Shown in pieces: positions 1-13,140 of a stretch of 64,000 nt of DNA. The stretch covers positions 73,254,237 through 73,318,236 of the forward strand of contig NC_083420.1 of the NCBI RefSeq assembly GCF_020745735.1, written 5' to 3'. A model generated the notes under the pieces. That model had not been told where the DNA came from and did not search any database. It saw nothing but the letters and a program-made list of their open reading frames with translations. Source of the DNA: Hemiscyllium ocellatum (Eukaryota). Both the position numbers and the translations under genes were made by a program. Each line of letters begins with the position of its first letter. Positions within the stretch are counted from its first letter, which is position 1.

Positions 1-2985
1 TTGCCGTCACCATAAATGGAAAAAAGGTTCTCCCTGCCCACCCTATCTAACCCTCTGATAATCTTATATGTCTCTATTAAGTCACCCCTCAACCTTCTTC
101 TCTCTAACGAAAACAGCCTCAAGACCCTCAGTCTTTCCTTGTAAGACTTTCTCTCCATACCTGGCAACATCCTAGTAAATCTCCTCTGCACCCTTTCCAA
201 AAATTCCACATCCTTCTTATAATGCAGTGACCAGAGCTAAAACATTATATGCCTTCTTAACAACCCCGTCAACCTGGGTTTCAACTTTTAGGGATCTGTG
301 TACATGTACACTGAAATCTCTCTGCTCATCTACACTACCAACAATCTTACCATTAGCCCAGTACTTTGCATCCCGCTTACTCCGAACAAAGTGAATCACC
401 TCACACTTGTCCGAATTAAACTCCATTTCTCACCATCAGCCCAGGTCTGCAGCTCATCTATGTCCTTCTGTCACCTACAACATCCTTCCTCACTATCCAC
501 AAATTCTCCGACCTCAGCGTCGTCTGCAAATTGACTAACCTAACCTTCTCCACACTCATTCAGGTCGTTAATAAAAATGACGAACAGCAGTGGACCCAAC
601 AACGATCCTTCCGGTACACCATTAGTAGCTGGACTCCAGGATGAGCATTTCTCATCAACCACCATCCTCTGTCTTCTTTCAGCAAGCCAATTACTGATCC
701 AAACTGCTATATCTCCCACAATCCCATTCCTCCACATTTTGTACAATAGCCTACTGTGGGGAACCTTACCGAATGCCTTGGTGAAATCTGTATAAACTAC
801 ATCAACCGGTTTACTCTCATCTACTTGTTTGGTCATCTTCTCAAAGAACTCAATAAGTTTTGTAAGGCACGACATACCCTTCACAAAACCGTGCTGAATA
901 ACCCTAATCAAATTATTCTTTTCGAGATGATTATAAATCATACCTCTTATTATCTTTTCCAACACTTCAACATCAACTGAAGTACGGCTCACTCGTCTAC
1001 AATTACCAGGGTTGTCTCTACTGCCCTTCTTGCACAGGGGAACCACATTTGCTATCCTCCAGTCTTCTGGCACTATTCCTTTCGACAACGATGATTTAAA
1101 GATCATTGTCCAAGCCTCAGCAATCTCCTCCCTGGTTTCCCAGAGAATCCTAGGATAACTTCATCCGGCCCTGGGGACTTATCTATTTTCACACTGCGTA
1201 GGATTTCTAATACCTTTACCTTGTGAACCTCAATCTCACCTGGTTTAGTAGCCTGAATCTCAGTATTCTCCTCAACAACTTTGTCGTTTTCTCGAATGAA
1301 TACTGTCGAAAAGTATTCATTTCGTGCTTCCGCTATCTCCTCTGACTCTACACACAAGTTCCCACTAATATCCTTGATTGGTCTAACTCTTACTCTCGCC
1401 ATTCTTTTATTCCTTAAATAATAATAGAAAGCCTTAGGGTTTACCCTGATCCTGTCGGCCAACAACTTCGTAGGTCTCCTCCTGGCTCCTCTGAGCTCTC
1501 TCTTTAGGTCTTTCCTGGCTGCCTTGTAACCGTCAAGCGCCCTAACTGAGCCTTCAAATCTCATTGTAACATAAGCCTTCATCTTCCTCTTAACCAGAGA
1601 TTCCACTTCTTTCGTAAACCATGGCTCCCGTGCTCGACAGCTTCCTCCCTGCCTGACAGGCACATGCTTATCTAGGATGCACAGGAGTTTTTCCTTGAAT
1701 AAGCTCCACATTTCTAATGTACCCATCCCCTGCAGTTTCCTGCCCCATCTTATGCTTGCCAAATCTTGCCTAATCGCATTGTAATTGCTTTTCCCCCAGC
1801 TGTAATTCTTGCCCAGTGGTATACACCTATTCCTTTCTATTACTAAAGTAAACTTAACAGAATTATGATCGCTATCACCAAAGCGCTCACCTACCTCCAC
1901 GTCTAACACCTGGCCGTGCTCATTACCCAATACCAAATCTTCGCCCCATATTGGCTTGTCTACATACCGTGTCAGGAAGACCTCCTGCACTCACTGGACA
2001 AAAAAACTGACCAATCTATCATACTCGTACTATCGTGTTCCCAGTCAATATTTGGAAAGTTGAAGTTCCTCATGACAATTACCCTGTCTCTCACTCCTAT
2101 CGAGAATCATCTTCGTTGTCCTATCCATTACATCTGTGGAAATATTCGGAGGCCTATTGTAAACTCCCAACAGGGTGACCTCTCCTTTCCTGTTTCTAAA
2201 CTCAGCCCATACTACCTCAGTCCCCAAACATCCTTTCTGCATCGCAATACTGTCCTTGGCCAACAATGCCACACCTCCCCCTCTTTTACCATCTTCTCTG
2301 TTCTTTCTGAAACATCCAAATCGTGGAACCTGCAACACCCATTCCTGTCTCTGCTCTATTCATGTCTCCGAAATGGCGACAACATCGAAGTCCCAGGTAT
2401 GAACCATGCTGTAACTTCACCAACCTTATTCTGGATGCTCCAGGTGTTGAAGTAGACACATTTCAAACCAACTTCTTGCTTGGAGGTGCCATCTTGCATC
2501 CCTGAAACTTGATTTCGGACCTCCCTACTCTCAACCTTTTCTATACTCGATCTAAAATTTTGGTTCCCATCTCCCCAATAGCTGAAGCGAATTCCTCATC
2601 TCCCCCCCCCCAACCCCCGCCCCCCGAGGATCGTGGTACTCCTCTGGTTCAGATGAAGACCATACGGGTTGTAGAGGTCCCACCTACCCATGAAAGAGCT
2701 CCAATTATCCAAGAATTAAAAAATCCTCCCGCTTGCACCATCCATGTAGCCACGTGTCCAATTCCTCTCTCTCCCTATTCCTCGCCTCACTAGCACGTGG
2801 CACGGCCAACAAACCAGAGACAACAACTCTGTTCGTCCTTGCTCTAAACTTCCATCTCAGGTCGCTGACTTTCTGCCTTAAATCCCCATCTCTCTTCCTA
2901 CCTATGTCGTTGGTGTCTATGTGGACAATGACTTGGGGCTGCTTCCCCTCTCCTTAAGGATCCCAAAAACACGATCAGAGACATC
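1..2985 (-). mobile_element. Degenerate CR1 LINE (ORF2 endonuclease + RT, 3' part of ORF1)
   Basis: Minus-strand ORF pieces: 2045-2338 (GGGVALLAKD..WAEFRNRKG, APE endonuclease), 1103-1990 (linker), 540-1106 ([19 protein letters not shown]; [18 protein letters not shown]), 217-426 (MEFNSDKCEVIHF). Frameshifted; runs off the window start. Confidence 0.92.
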
Positions 2986-2989
2986 AGTT

Positions 2990-5900
2990 TGGCGAGGCCC
3001 AGGAGCAGACCAACGGGGAGATGCTCCAAGGTCAGGAGCGTGGGACTGAAGTTCAGCCAAAAGCAGAGGAGAATGTTCTTCAGGAAACTAAAAAAGGAGT
3101 GCAAACGCCCAGTGCCCATATATATACAGTTCTCAGTCTCCAGCCAGGTTGGGAGAACGTGAATTACCACAGTCCGTGTTTGCAAAGGACTGATGTTTGC
3201 AGCACCCTCCTCCATAAATTCCCACGGAAACGAGGGAGGACTTCCGCGTAAAGAGCCCTCTACTGCGGATCACCCTCTCCTGGTCGTAAATGGGCACGTT
3301 AAGTTATGTCCGGGTAGTGTATGAGCGGAAACAGATGGATGGTCTGCAGCAGCAGTCTGTGCAGGGCCCGCCGTGATGTGTCTCTGAAGGGAACAAAACT
3401 AAAGTTCTGGAGGCAGCTCGGATTGTGGAGCACAACCCCCGCGGGAAGTACGAGATCTTGGGGCCAACGTGAAATTCCATTCGGCCAGGGGAAGAGCAGA
3501 TAGGATCCGCCGCAATCCTGAGCATTCTCCAACTGCTGCACTATGTTTGGTCAAAGCACGGCCATTTATGCCACTGCACTGCTTGCTATACTGTGCGGCA
3601 GTGACCAGCCCAGACGCCTGCCCCTCTCAATAGGGTGACTCAGGACCTGCGCAGTCACCCAGTGCATCTTTCGTCTCAGAGGAAGTGAACCAACATTCTC
3701 TGGATGTCAGCAACAAAATAACCAGGAATGTACAATGGGACCAGGCTGTACCACAGCATGGCGGACACGAGCTTATTTATGACCCTCAGTCGACTCCTCC
3801 AAGACAGCACTCTGAGCAGTCCTGTGCAACAGCTTAGATGAGCCAAGAATTTCGCCTTCAGCTCCTGCCAGTTCACCGGTCAGGATGCGTCAGCTGGACT
3901 TATGTAGAGCCCCAAGTCGAGGAGATGGGTGGTACTCAGCTGAACCCCTGTAACTCCTCGGCCAGACAGACCACCTGTCACGAACAGACGAGTAAAATGG
4001 AATATTTGGCACAGTTGATCCTGGTGATAGACGCCGCTGAGTGCACCGAATGAAATTCATGCATCCTCCCCAGGTCAGCCGGGTTGGTGAAAGTGAGGCG
4101 CACGTCGTCGGTGTAAACCAAGAAGACCAACCTCATGCTTGCACCACGCAGAGCTAGCCCCGAGCATCCCTTCCATAAAACGCCCGGGAAAAACTACAGC
4201 GAATGCAGTTGACCGGACAGGGGGCTGCCTTAACATAATCCTGTCAGGAAGCAAAAGCAGACACTTTAACTTTAACCTAACATTCAGGTGCGGTGTACAA
4301 AAGTCGATCCGGTGACGAACTGCATCCAGAAACTGAATGCCCGAGTGTTCTGGTCAGATACTCGTGATTGACCCTGTCAAACCCCTTCTCCTGTTCGAGA
4401 GACAGGAAGGCGTTCGGCAGACTAGCCCGTCAACAGAGATGAATTAAGTCAGGTGCCAGATGTAAATTTTCGTGTATCACCTGGCCTGGGATCGTGTACG
4501 ACTGGTCTGGGTGAATCATGTGGGCCAGCACCGTAGCCAGTTGAGAAGCCAACACAATGGCAAAAATGTTGCAATCCCTGCCAATGAGGGAGATGGGAAA
4601 TCAGTTATTTAAAGAGCAAAGGTCCCCCTTCTTCAGCAGCAGGACGAGGGCAACCCTCCATCAATAAAGGGCAGCTCTCCTGTAGTTAGACCTCCACAAG
4701 GACCTGTGGGTAGTTGCTCCGCAGGACGTCCCAGGACGCCCTGAAGAACTCTACAGATAGCAATCCAGCCCCGTTGACTTGGTCCTCTGGTCAAGGACAG
4801 CAGTCAACTCCTCTATGTTTACGGGATCGTTGAGACTTCCAGAGTCATTTGTGTTCAGTGGCGGCAGATCCTCCCACAGAACATAACGAGCATCCTCACT
4901 GGGCAGATCCGCACAGAACGCCACCGTGAAATAGGATGAACTTGGGCCCTGACGCGCTCCAGATCCAAAACGATGGGCCCGTCATTGGTTAGCTGCACAA
5001 GGAGCTGCTGGCGAGTGCTGCTACTTTTTTTCCCCAGCAATTAGAAGAATTGCCACTGTCCAAGTCCTGGAGGAGCTGAATCTGCAACCTCAAGTATCAC
5101 CCTGGTATGCAACGAGCTGTAGGTCTCAGAGCGCAACTTTCTTTACTTCGTCGACCCCTGCATGGCCGTGCACACGTCAGGTTGAATCAGGCGTGACTCC
5201 AGATCCAACAGTTCCTTCTCCAACTGCTCGATCCTGGATTTCCAACTCTTTGTCGACGCACTCGCTTCTCCTGACAGAAAACGCAGACATGAGCCGTGCT
5301 TTCATCCCACCACAGCCGCAGGGAGGGGAAGCTTCCCCACGTTCTTCTCCAGCTGGCCCAGAAGCGAGGAAAAGTATCCCAGAACCGCATCCCACAACAG
5401 CTAGTTAAAGCTGAAGTATGCAGACACGATCCGCGTGCCAATTCGAAGGAGTTCTGCCCACACCAGCTGATTGCCTGTGCACCGTACATACAGCATGGAT
5501 GCCTCCAGAAAGCAGGATGCATACGCCCATGATACATCCCGGTTGACGATCCTGGACACTCTGACTTCAGAACTCATGAAGGTAAAGAGCTGGAGCCAGG
5601 ATGGATAATTCTGCCAGAAATCTACCAGGTCGAAGCACTTAAATAACCTCCCCAAACTTCTTCCCAGGAGCCTGTCCCTGTTCTCGAGGATGCAGGTGAA
5701 ATCTCCACTGACGACAAAGCACTGACCTTCGTTGATGTCAGCCCGATGAGCGGACACTTCTCCACAGATGTGTATCTGCCTCGGTCCGACTATGGCAGCT
5801 CCGAAGCCAGGCCTCACAAAGATGGAGGCAATGGAGTCAGGATGGAGATTCCACAAGAGCTCCAACAGGTCGAAGGAATTGACCAAGTCGAGCAATCTCC

Positions 5901-6200
5901 TCCCCGATGCCCAACTAGTCCGCACTGTTCCTTGTCTTCAAGGATGCAGTTGAAATCTCCCGCCACCAGGAGTTACGAAGGAAGTTTCTGAAATGCTTTC
6001 CTTCTTTAACATCCAGTGCAGATGCTTGACAACAGCCTGGGTCGCCCAGCACACTTGCTAAATGGAGGTCCAGCAATCCAGTGCCAGTTGGGTTCTATCC
6101 CAGCGACTGTAAGATTCCTCAACTAATTCTGGGAGGTCCTTGACGGGGATGAGGGAGATCCTGTTGGGGGTCACCTGTGACACAAAAACCCAGGACACAA
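2990..6200 (-). mobile_element. Degenerate L1-clade Tx1-like non-LTR element (ORF2 remnant)
   Basis: Minus strand encodes endonuclease motifs (GDFNC/GDFTC..FDLVDFW), an RT region with a LSRTGEGV/DQEKAFDRV-like stretch near 4360-4410, and VINKLVSAMLWY (3676-3876). Many stops and frameshifts. Confidence 0.75.
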
Positions 6201-6204
6201 AATC

Positions 6205-6310
6205 TTCAGGAATCCTGAAGAAGGACTTATGCCCGAAACGTCTATTCTCCTGCGTCTTGGATGCTGCCTGACGTGTTGCACTTTTCCAGCAACACATTTT
6301 TTAGCTCAAA
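6205..6310 (+). mobile_element. Penelope-like element terminal repeat fragment with hammerhead-like core
   Basis: CTGAAGA-AGGACTTATGCCC-GAAACGTC at 6215-6242, followed by ttctcctgc..ggatgctgcctgac..cttttccagcaacaca. Same sequence family as the terminus of the RT/GIY-YIG element at 22345-24075. Confidence 0.75.
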
Positions 6311-6314
6311 TCCT

Positions 6315-8930
6315 AATCAACGTACTCCTTTCTGGAAGATTTTGAATTATATCTCTTATGAACTTTTCCAGCACTTTACTCACAAACAAAGTAAGGCTCA
6401 CTGGTCTATATTTACCAGGGTTGTCTCTACTTCCCTTCTTGAACAAGGGGACATGTGCTGTCCTCTAGTCTTCTGTCAGACTTCCTTTATTGAACGACCA
6501 CAAAAAGATAATTTCAATAGGCTCAGCAATCTCCTCCCTGACTTCTCAGAGAATCTTCGGATCCGTTTGGTCCAGAGGACTTATGCATTTTTGCACTTTC
6601 CAGAATTGGTCACACCTCCTCCTAATGCACCTCAGTCCCATGTCGTCAGCTTGCCTATATCTCAGTATTCTGCTCAACAACAGAGTTTTTTTCGAGTATG
6701 AATAACGACGAAAAATGTTCATTCCACGCTTTCACTATCCCTTCTGAATCCACACACAACTTCCCGAGATTATCCTTGAATGGCCCTAACCTTAGTGTAG
6801 TCATTTTTTTATTCGGGATAAAGAAAGTCTGACGGTTTTACTTGATCTTATCCGTCAACGACGTCTAATGTCCCTTCCTGGTTCTTCTTAGCTCTCTCCT
6901 TCGTTCCTTCCTGAAAAACTTGTAAGACTCAAGCTCGCTAACCGAGGTCTCACATCTCTTCCAAACATATGGCTTCTTCTTCTGCTTGACATGAGATTCA
7001 ACTTCCTTAGCAAACCACGTTTCCCGCGCTCGATCACTGACAGGCACGCACTTACCAAGGGCTGGCTGTAGCTGTGCCTTGAATAAGCTCCACGTTTCAA
7101 TTGTGCTCATCCCCTGCAGTTTCCTTCCCCATCGTATGCATTCTAAATCTTGCCTAATCGCATCGTAATTGCCTTTCCGCCAGCTATATTTCTTGCCATA
7201 TGCTATATACCTGTTCCTTTCCATCAATAAAGGAAATATAACCGAATTGTGTTCACAGTCACCAAAGAGTTCACCAACCTCTAAATCTAACACATGGCCG
7301 ATTTCATTACCCAGTACCAAATCTAATGTGGCCTCACCCCTTGTTGGCCTGAATACATACTGTGTAAGGCAACCCTCCTGCACACATTGGACAAAGATTG
7401 ACCCATCGAAACTGCTTGCAATGTATTATTCCCAGTAAATATTTGAAAAGTTAAAGACCCCATAAGAACCACCCTGTCACTCCCACTCCTATGGAGAATC
7501 ACCTTTGCTACTCTATCCTTTACATCACTGAAACTATTCAGAGGCCGAAAGAAAATATCAAACAAGGTGACTCCTCCTTTCCTGCTTCTAAGATCAGCCC
7601 ATACTACCTTAGTAGACGAGTCCTTAAATGTCTTTTCTGCAACCGTAATACTGTCCTTGACGAAAAATGCCACACCCCTCTTTTACAATATTCTTTGTTC
7701 TTCCAGAAACATCTAAAATCTGGAGCCTGCTCCACCCATGTCTCTGAAATGGAACTACATCGAAATCTCAGTTACCAACGCATGCTGCATGTTCATCCTC
7801 TTATTCCTGATTCTCCTGGCACTGCAGTAGATACACTTCAACAACGTCTTGTTTGCCAGTGCGCTCATGCGAACCTTGAAACCTTATTTCTGACCTTGCT
7901 ACTCTCAACCTCCTGCATACACGAACCAAAACTTAGGTTCCTATCCCCCTGCTGAATTAGCAAATTGTGCACACACTCAACAGGATATTGCTATCCCTTG
8001 GGCACAGCTGAAATCTATCCTATTGGTAGACGTCCCTCCTACACCAGATTGAGTGCCAATAATACAGGTATAAGAGTTCTTCCCTCCTGCACTAACCTTG
8101 TAGCCACGTATTCAGCTCCTTACTTTTTCTTGTCTTGCGTTTTTAGCACGTGGCACGGGCATCAAGCCAGAGATAACGGTTCTCTTTGTACTAGTTCAAG
8201 TCTTCCCCCCTAGCTCCCTGGATTTCTGCCTTTAATCCCCATTTCACTTTTTCTGTATTTCGTTATTACCTATATGGACCACAACTTGAGTTTGTTCCAC
8301 CCCCCGCCCCACCCCCCACCCACGCCACAAGGATCCCGAAAACACAACAAGAGACGTCACGAACCGTGGCTCCAGGGAGGCAACGCATCAACTGTGAGTA
8401 TCTGTCGTTTCCACAGAATCTCCTACCGATTCCCCTGTTATGCAGTCCCCAATAACAAATGCGCTGCTCTGCTTCCCCCTTCCCTACTGAGCAACAGGGA
8501 CATGCTTTGTGCCAGAGACCAGCATCCATGGCTTACCCTTGCAATTCGTTCCCCTCCCAATTGTATCGAAAATGGTAATCTTGTTGTTTCGGGTAGCGGC
8601 TGCAGGTGATCATTGTAGTGCCTGTCGATTCCCTTGCCGTCCCCTGATGGTGGCCCATCTACATTCTTCTTCTGCTTGAGGTATGACTACCGCCATGTAA
8701 CTCCTCTCAATAGCCCCGTCCGTCTCCTGAATGATTCAAAGTTCATCCAGCTCCAGCTCCAATTCCCTAACGCTGTCTTCGAGGAGTTGATGTTGGCTTC
8801 AGTTAACAAGGACACTTTTGGTGACTCTTACCTCCCACATTCTGCAGGAGAAACTTTCAACCGTCCTAACCCCCACTTCCTCTTTCATAAATTCCCGAAC
8901 TCTGAAACAGTCCAAAAACAGATATTAACC
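6315..8930 (-). mobile_element. Degenerate CR1 LINE (ORF1, endonuclease, start of RT; 3' part missing)
   Basis: ORFs 7323-7673 (MAFFVKD..VWADLRSRKG..VVLMG) and 6865-7383 (QEGCLTQYVFRPTRGEATLDLVLGNE) match the CR1 ORF2 at 56033-58885. ORF1 esterase-like remnant at 8266-8529. Confidence 0.85.
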
Positions 8931-9069
8931 TAATAACCTTGACAACTGGATGCATAGAGCATTATTTTAGTTAGCAGATGTGGACGGGTAGGAGACACGA
9001 TCCGTATTGTTTCAGGTAAAGCCTAAATACAAAGCATCACTTACCCAATAGTACCGTGTCACTGGGCAC

Positions 9070-11760
9070 ACCGTGCACTCGCCCTATAAATGGGTACGTT
9101 TTTCTACTTTATATTTACCTTCTCATTGCATGAAGAGCGCTTCTGTAGTCAAATTGAGACAAGACAGTTCTTATTACGAAGGTTTTGGCTGTTTCTTTAA
9201 CTTGCCTTCCCTTTTTGGATTGCTGTTTCTGCTAGGCCATTGGAAGATAGGTGGTATGGAGCTGTCCTTATAGACTTATTATTATTTATTTGTTTCATGG
9301 GATTTGGGAGGCGCTGGATGGCTAGGGCTTCTTGCCTGACCCTAGTTGATATTGAGAAGGGGGTGGGAAACTGAATTTTTGAACTGCTGCAGTCCACCTG
9401 CTATTGCCATTAGGGAGGAAATTCCAGAATTGGAACCCAGCTACAATGAAAGAACGGTGATTTATTTACAAATCAGGAGAGGGAGTGGCTTGGTCTGGAA
9501 CTTGAATGTGGTGTTATTCACATACATCTGGTGCATTTGCCCTTCTAGGTGGAAATAGTCGTGCGTTTGGTAGTGGTGATGTCTCAGGATATTTGGTAAA
9601 TTCCTGCACTTCTTCTTGCTGCTACTGAATATTGTTGATGAAGGAATTGGATGCTCGTGGATGCAGTGCCAATCAAGCACGCTGCTTGGACCTGGATGTG
9701 TCAAGCTTCCTGACAGTTGTCGAGGCTGGATCTATCGTGCAGGTGGAAATTATTATACCACATTTGTGCCTTACGCCTTGTAGATCGTAGACAGGCTTTG
9801 GGGAGCCGGGAGATGAGTTACTTGCTGCAGTGTTCCTACTCTCTGGCCTACCCTGGTAATTATTGCATTCCTGTAGGGAGTCCAGTTTAGTTTCGGATCA
9901 GTGATTCATTTCAGGATGCTGATAGTGGACGATTAATTGATAGTAACACTGTTAATTGTCAAGGGGCGATATTGAGATATATCTTACTGGCGAAGTTCTT
10001 AGCTTGGCATTTGTGGGACGTAAAAGTAACTTGCCAACTGTAGCCAAGCGTGAGTATTTTCCAGACCTTGTTGATATTGAACGCGGACTACTTCAGTATC
10101 TGTAGAGTCGCAAGTAGTGCTGAACATTGTGCAATCATTGATAAACATCCCCACCTCTGATTTGGACACTTCCCTGAGACACGCCTGCAGAGATGTCTTG
10201 AAGCAGAGGTGACTGACCTCCAAGAATCATGAACATCTTCCGATGTGTCTGGTATGACTGTAACCATCAGAGACTTTGCCACCGATACCAATTGATTCCT
10301 ATTTTCCGGGGGATATTTGATGTCAAATTCTATCGAATGCAGCCTTGATGCTAACAGTTATCACTCTCATCTCATGTCTGGAATTCAGCTCTTTTGTCCA
10401 TGTTTGAATCAAGCCTGTAATGAGGTCTGGAGCTGAGTGACATTGACAGACCCAAACTGGGCATCAGTGAGCAGGTTAGTACTGAGCAGGTGCAGCATAA
10501 CACTGTTGATGACAACTACCATTACTTGATTGATGACGATTACCATTTACCTTTTGGAAATGCTAAAATTCTCTGCTGGTAACCGATGGACCGTTACCTG
10601 TGACCAATCTTTCCAGGAACCTGTGCATTGCAAAAAGTGTTGTGATTGTGTTTGACAACTCCAAGTGTTTGACAACTCTAACCACGACCAGCCAATTTGG
10701 GTGTCTGCACTGACTACGAACATTAAAGCTATGAAAAGACATGCATGGTTTATGTTTAACTGAGTTCATGGTTTATCTGACCATTCCCTGAACGTGGGAG
10801 GACTGCTAGTGATAGTTTTTGTCGTGTTGGAAGTTTGCATATTTTCCCATTAATGCCGCGATTTCTGCATCTAATCCAGGCCATCGGACACAATGTCTCA
10901 CCAACATCACCTTTTTGGAAAGCCTTGTATGATACAGACTGTTTCCAGCCAGGATCTAGCGGTTATCTTTACACAGGACAATTGCTCATGGTTCCTTAAT
11001 ATTATGCCGTCCTCGACAGGGATCTGGTCTCTCTGGAGCTAAAAGGTTTTCTATTCTGTTTGTGACAGTTCTTTGGTTTCCCCATCACAGCCAGATGTTT
11101 CAGTATTTTTCCTGGACCAAATCTTTCTGCGCCCAAAGTCTAAAATTGTTAGTTGTGACTGGAAGCATGTCCAGAAAAAGAAAATCTATAATCAATATGA
11201 CTTCTTCCAGCGATTGTAACACTGGCAGTTTATCTAACAGTAAGAGGGAGTACTTGGCCTCCCAAATGGTGTTCCAACTTGCAACTTGACACATGTCTCA
11301 TCAGAGACCATTGTTGAATTTAGCCCAAGTTATGGGTGGTACTGCCTTGTCTTCTTTAAGTAGACTGAACAGTGCTTTGAGACCAATTTATTGCTACAAA
11401 TTAATCCATGAACATATTGGTGGAATTTCTTTTCTTCAAATATAACCAGTAAACCTTACTTCCCTAAGTGGGCTTATGTACACTTTGCATTAGCCAAGAT
11501 CTGAGATGTGTACCCTTTAGGTGTTCTTCTCCATTCGGCCACCAGTGAACTAAAACTAACTTGATATCTAATAGGGAGGTATTGCATGTAAAGACCACAT
11601 CTCGTTTGTGATCATAGTATACCAACACCTTAGAGGAAGCTAACTGTCTCTTCATTTGACTAAAAATTATACCAACAGATTATTTGTGAACTTTTTGTAA
11701 TAGTTCAATAACCCAAGGAAACTCCTCAGTTCACGTACAGACGCATGTTATTGACCAGGC
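9070..11760 (-). mobile_element. Ty3/Gypsy LTR retrotransposon pol remnant (RT-RNaseH-integrase), split by a LINE at 9272-10532
   Basis: ELRSFLGLLNYY-like sequence near 11700; LASSKVLVYYD (11464-11655); TLFAMHRFLERLVTGNGPSVTSREF (10563-10769). The integrase resumes as IRTAPYHLSSNGLAE at 9271 and below. Confidence 0.8.
9272..10532 (-). mobile_element. 5'-truncated old CR1/L2-type LINE RT fragment
   Basis: ORF 9999-10223 (SEVGMFINDCTMFSTTCDSTDTEVV, degenerate FADD region); 3' end with an (AAT)n-rich tail at about 9275-9292. Same family as 48640-49870. Confidence 0.7.
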
Positions 11761-11837
11761 CAGACGTCTTCAAAATATTTTAATATGGTAGCTGAGATCG
11801 TATTTTTTTTCTTATTTAAAAGAATGGGTGACCCAGT

Positions 11838-12312
11838 TGTGATATACCTGATAAAACCATTCTGCGATTTATTTAAACACTATTGTCAAAACACAAAGAA
11901 AAGAAAGCAGAATTTAGAATAACTTTGTTATTGGAAAGCTTATCCAAATACTCGGTACAGTAACTTAACTACATAACTGCTCTAATGCATTAACATCCCC
12001 CAAAACACCCCTTAACAAAAGGTAAACTCAGACGCAGATTCTTACAGGTCCCAGGGAACAACACCCAGGGAAGGTTGGTTAGGAATTATTTAATTAGGCT
12101 TGCAACCCTTCTTGACTCCAACATCTCGTGACTGCGACATTTAAAAACGAAAAAGCCTGAATTGGGAAAACTGACCACTGCCCTTCCATTGTCGAGCTGT
12201 TGTAAAAATAACCGAAAGCCCTCCTTTGATTGTTGACTCAGGCAGTCTTTTGTAGCCATTTTGGCAATTCCGTGTTTAAAACCCAGAACAAAATAACCTC
12301 TTTAATGTGACA
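11838..12312 (-). mobile_element. Probable LTR of a Gypsy (Gmr1-like) element
   Basis: TG...CA termini (tgtgat at 11838, tgtgaca ending 12312) abutting Gypsy RT remnants. Composition resembles the LTR at about 60700-61339. Confidence 0.55.
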
Positions 12313-12319
12313 GCATCAT

Positions 12320-13140
12320 CCTACACGTGAAGGGGGACAGCTTTGATCACTCTCACTTATCTTCCAATATCATTCGCGTCGGTAGCCACCTTGAATGGTG
12401 TTGCGTATTTAGGTGTGGCCAGCACTGGGGCAGTGGTTAACGTGGATTTCAGGCTGTCAAGTGGTTTCTTAGAGTCCTCTACTGAAATTTTGTGGACGTT
12501 TTGAATCTGCCAGTGGAACAACATACTGAAAATTTAGTCGATACTTCCAGGAAAAAAAAATCAATCGCAGGAATCGTAGCACTACCCTCTTTTTCGACGA
12601 AATAGGAACTTCCCCAAAAACCATTGCTTTCCCCAAAAACATTTGTCCATATTCAGTGATGTGACCCAGGAAAGTGCTTTGCACTTTTGCCAACTCTTAG
12701 TCCAGTTCATAACCAATCCCGCCTCCTAAAATCAATTAAATAATTCCACATGATCCTTCAAATGTTTGTCCCACGTGCGATTAAAAATCACCAGTTTGTC
12801 GATGCACACCACTCAATTGAGTATTTCAAAACAAATTTATTGTTTAGTCTTTGGAATGTGGCTGACAGACTTTTCATACCTAATGGCATGACTTTAAAAT
12901 GATGCAGTGACTGAGAGAAAGTGAGGACGGGAGGTGCTGGAAGCTGAGAGTCAGAAAGTGTTTTGCTGGAAAAGCACAGCAGGCCATGCCACATCCTTGG
13001 AGCAGGAAAGTCAACGAATAATTAGGAGAATTGTACAGAATGGACCAGTAATTAACAATAGGAAAATTGGACTTCAGATATGTCATAAAATACACTAAAA
13101 TGTTGGACCTCCAGAAGCTGCCGAGGGATGCTTTCATCTG
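12320..13140 (-). mobile_element. Gypsy (Gmr1-like) RT remnant, interrupted by a Penelope terminal fragment at about 12910-13030
   Basis: FKVMPLGMKSLSATFQRL (12788-12994) and AKVQSTFLGHI (12469-12693); same motifs as 61380-62400. Confidence 0.7.
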
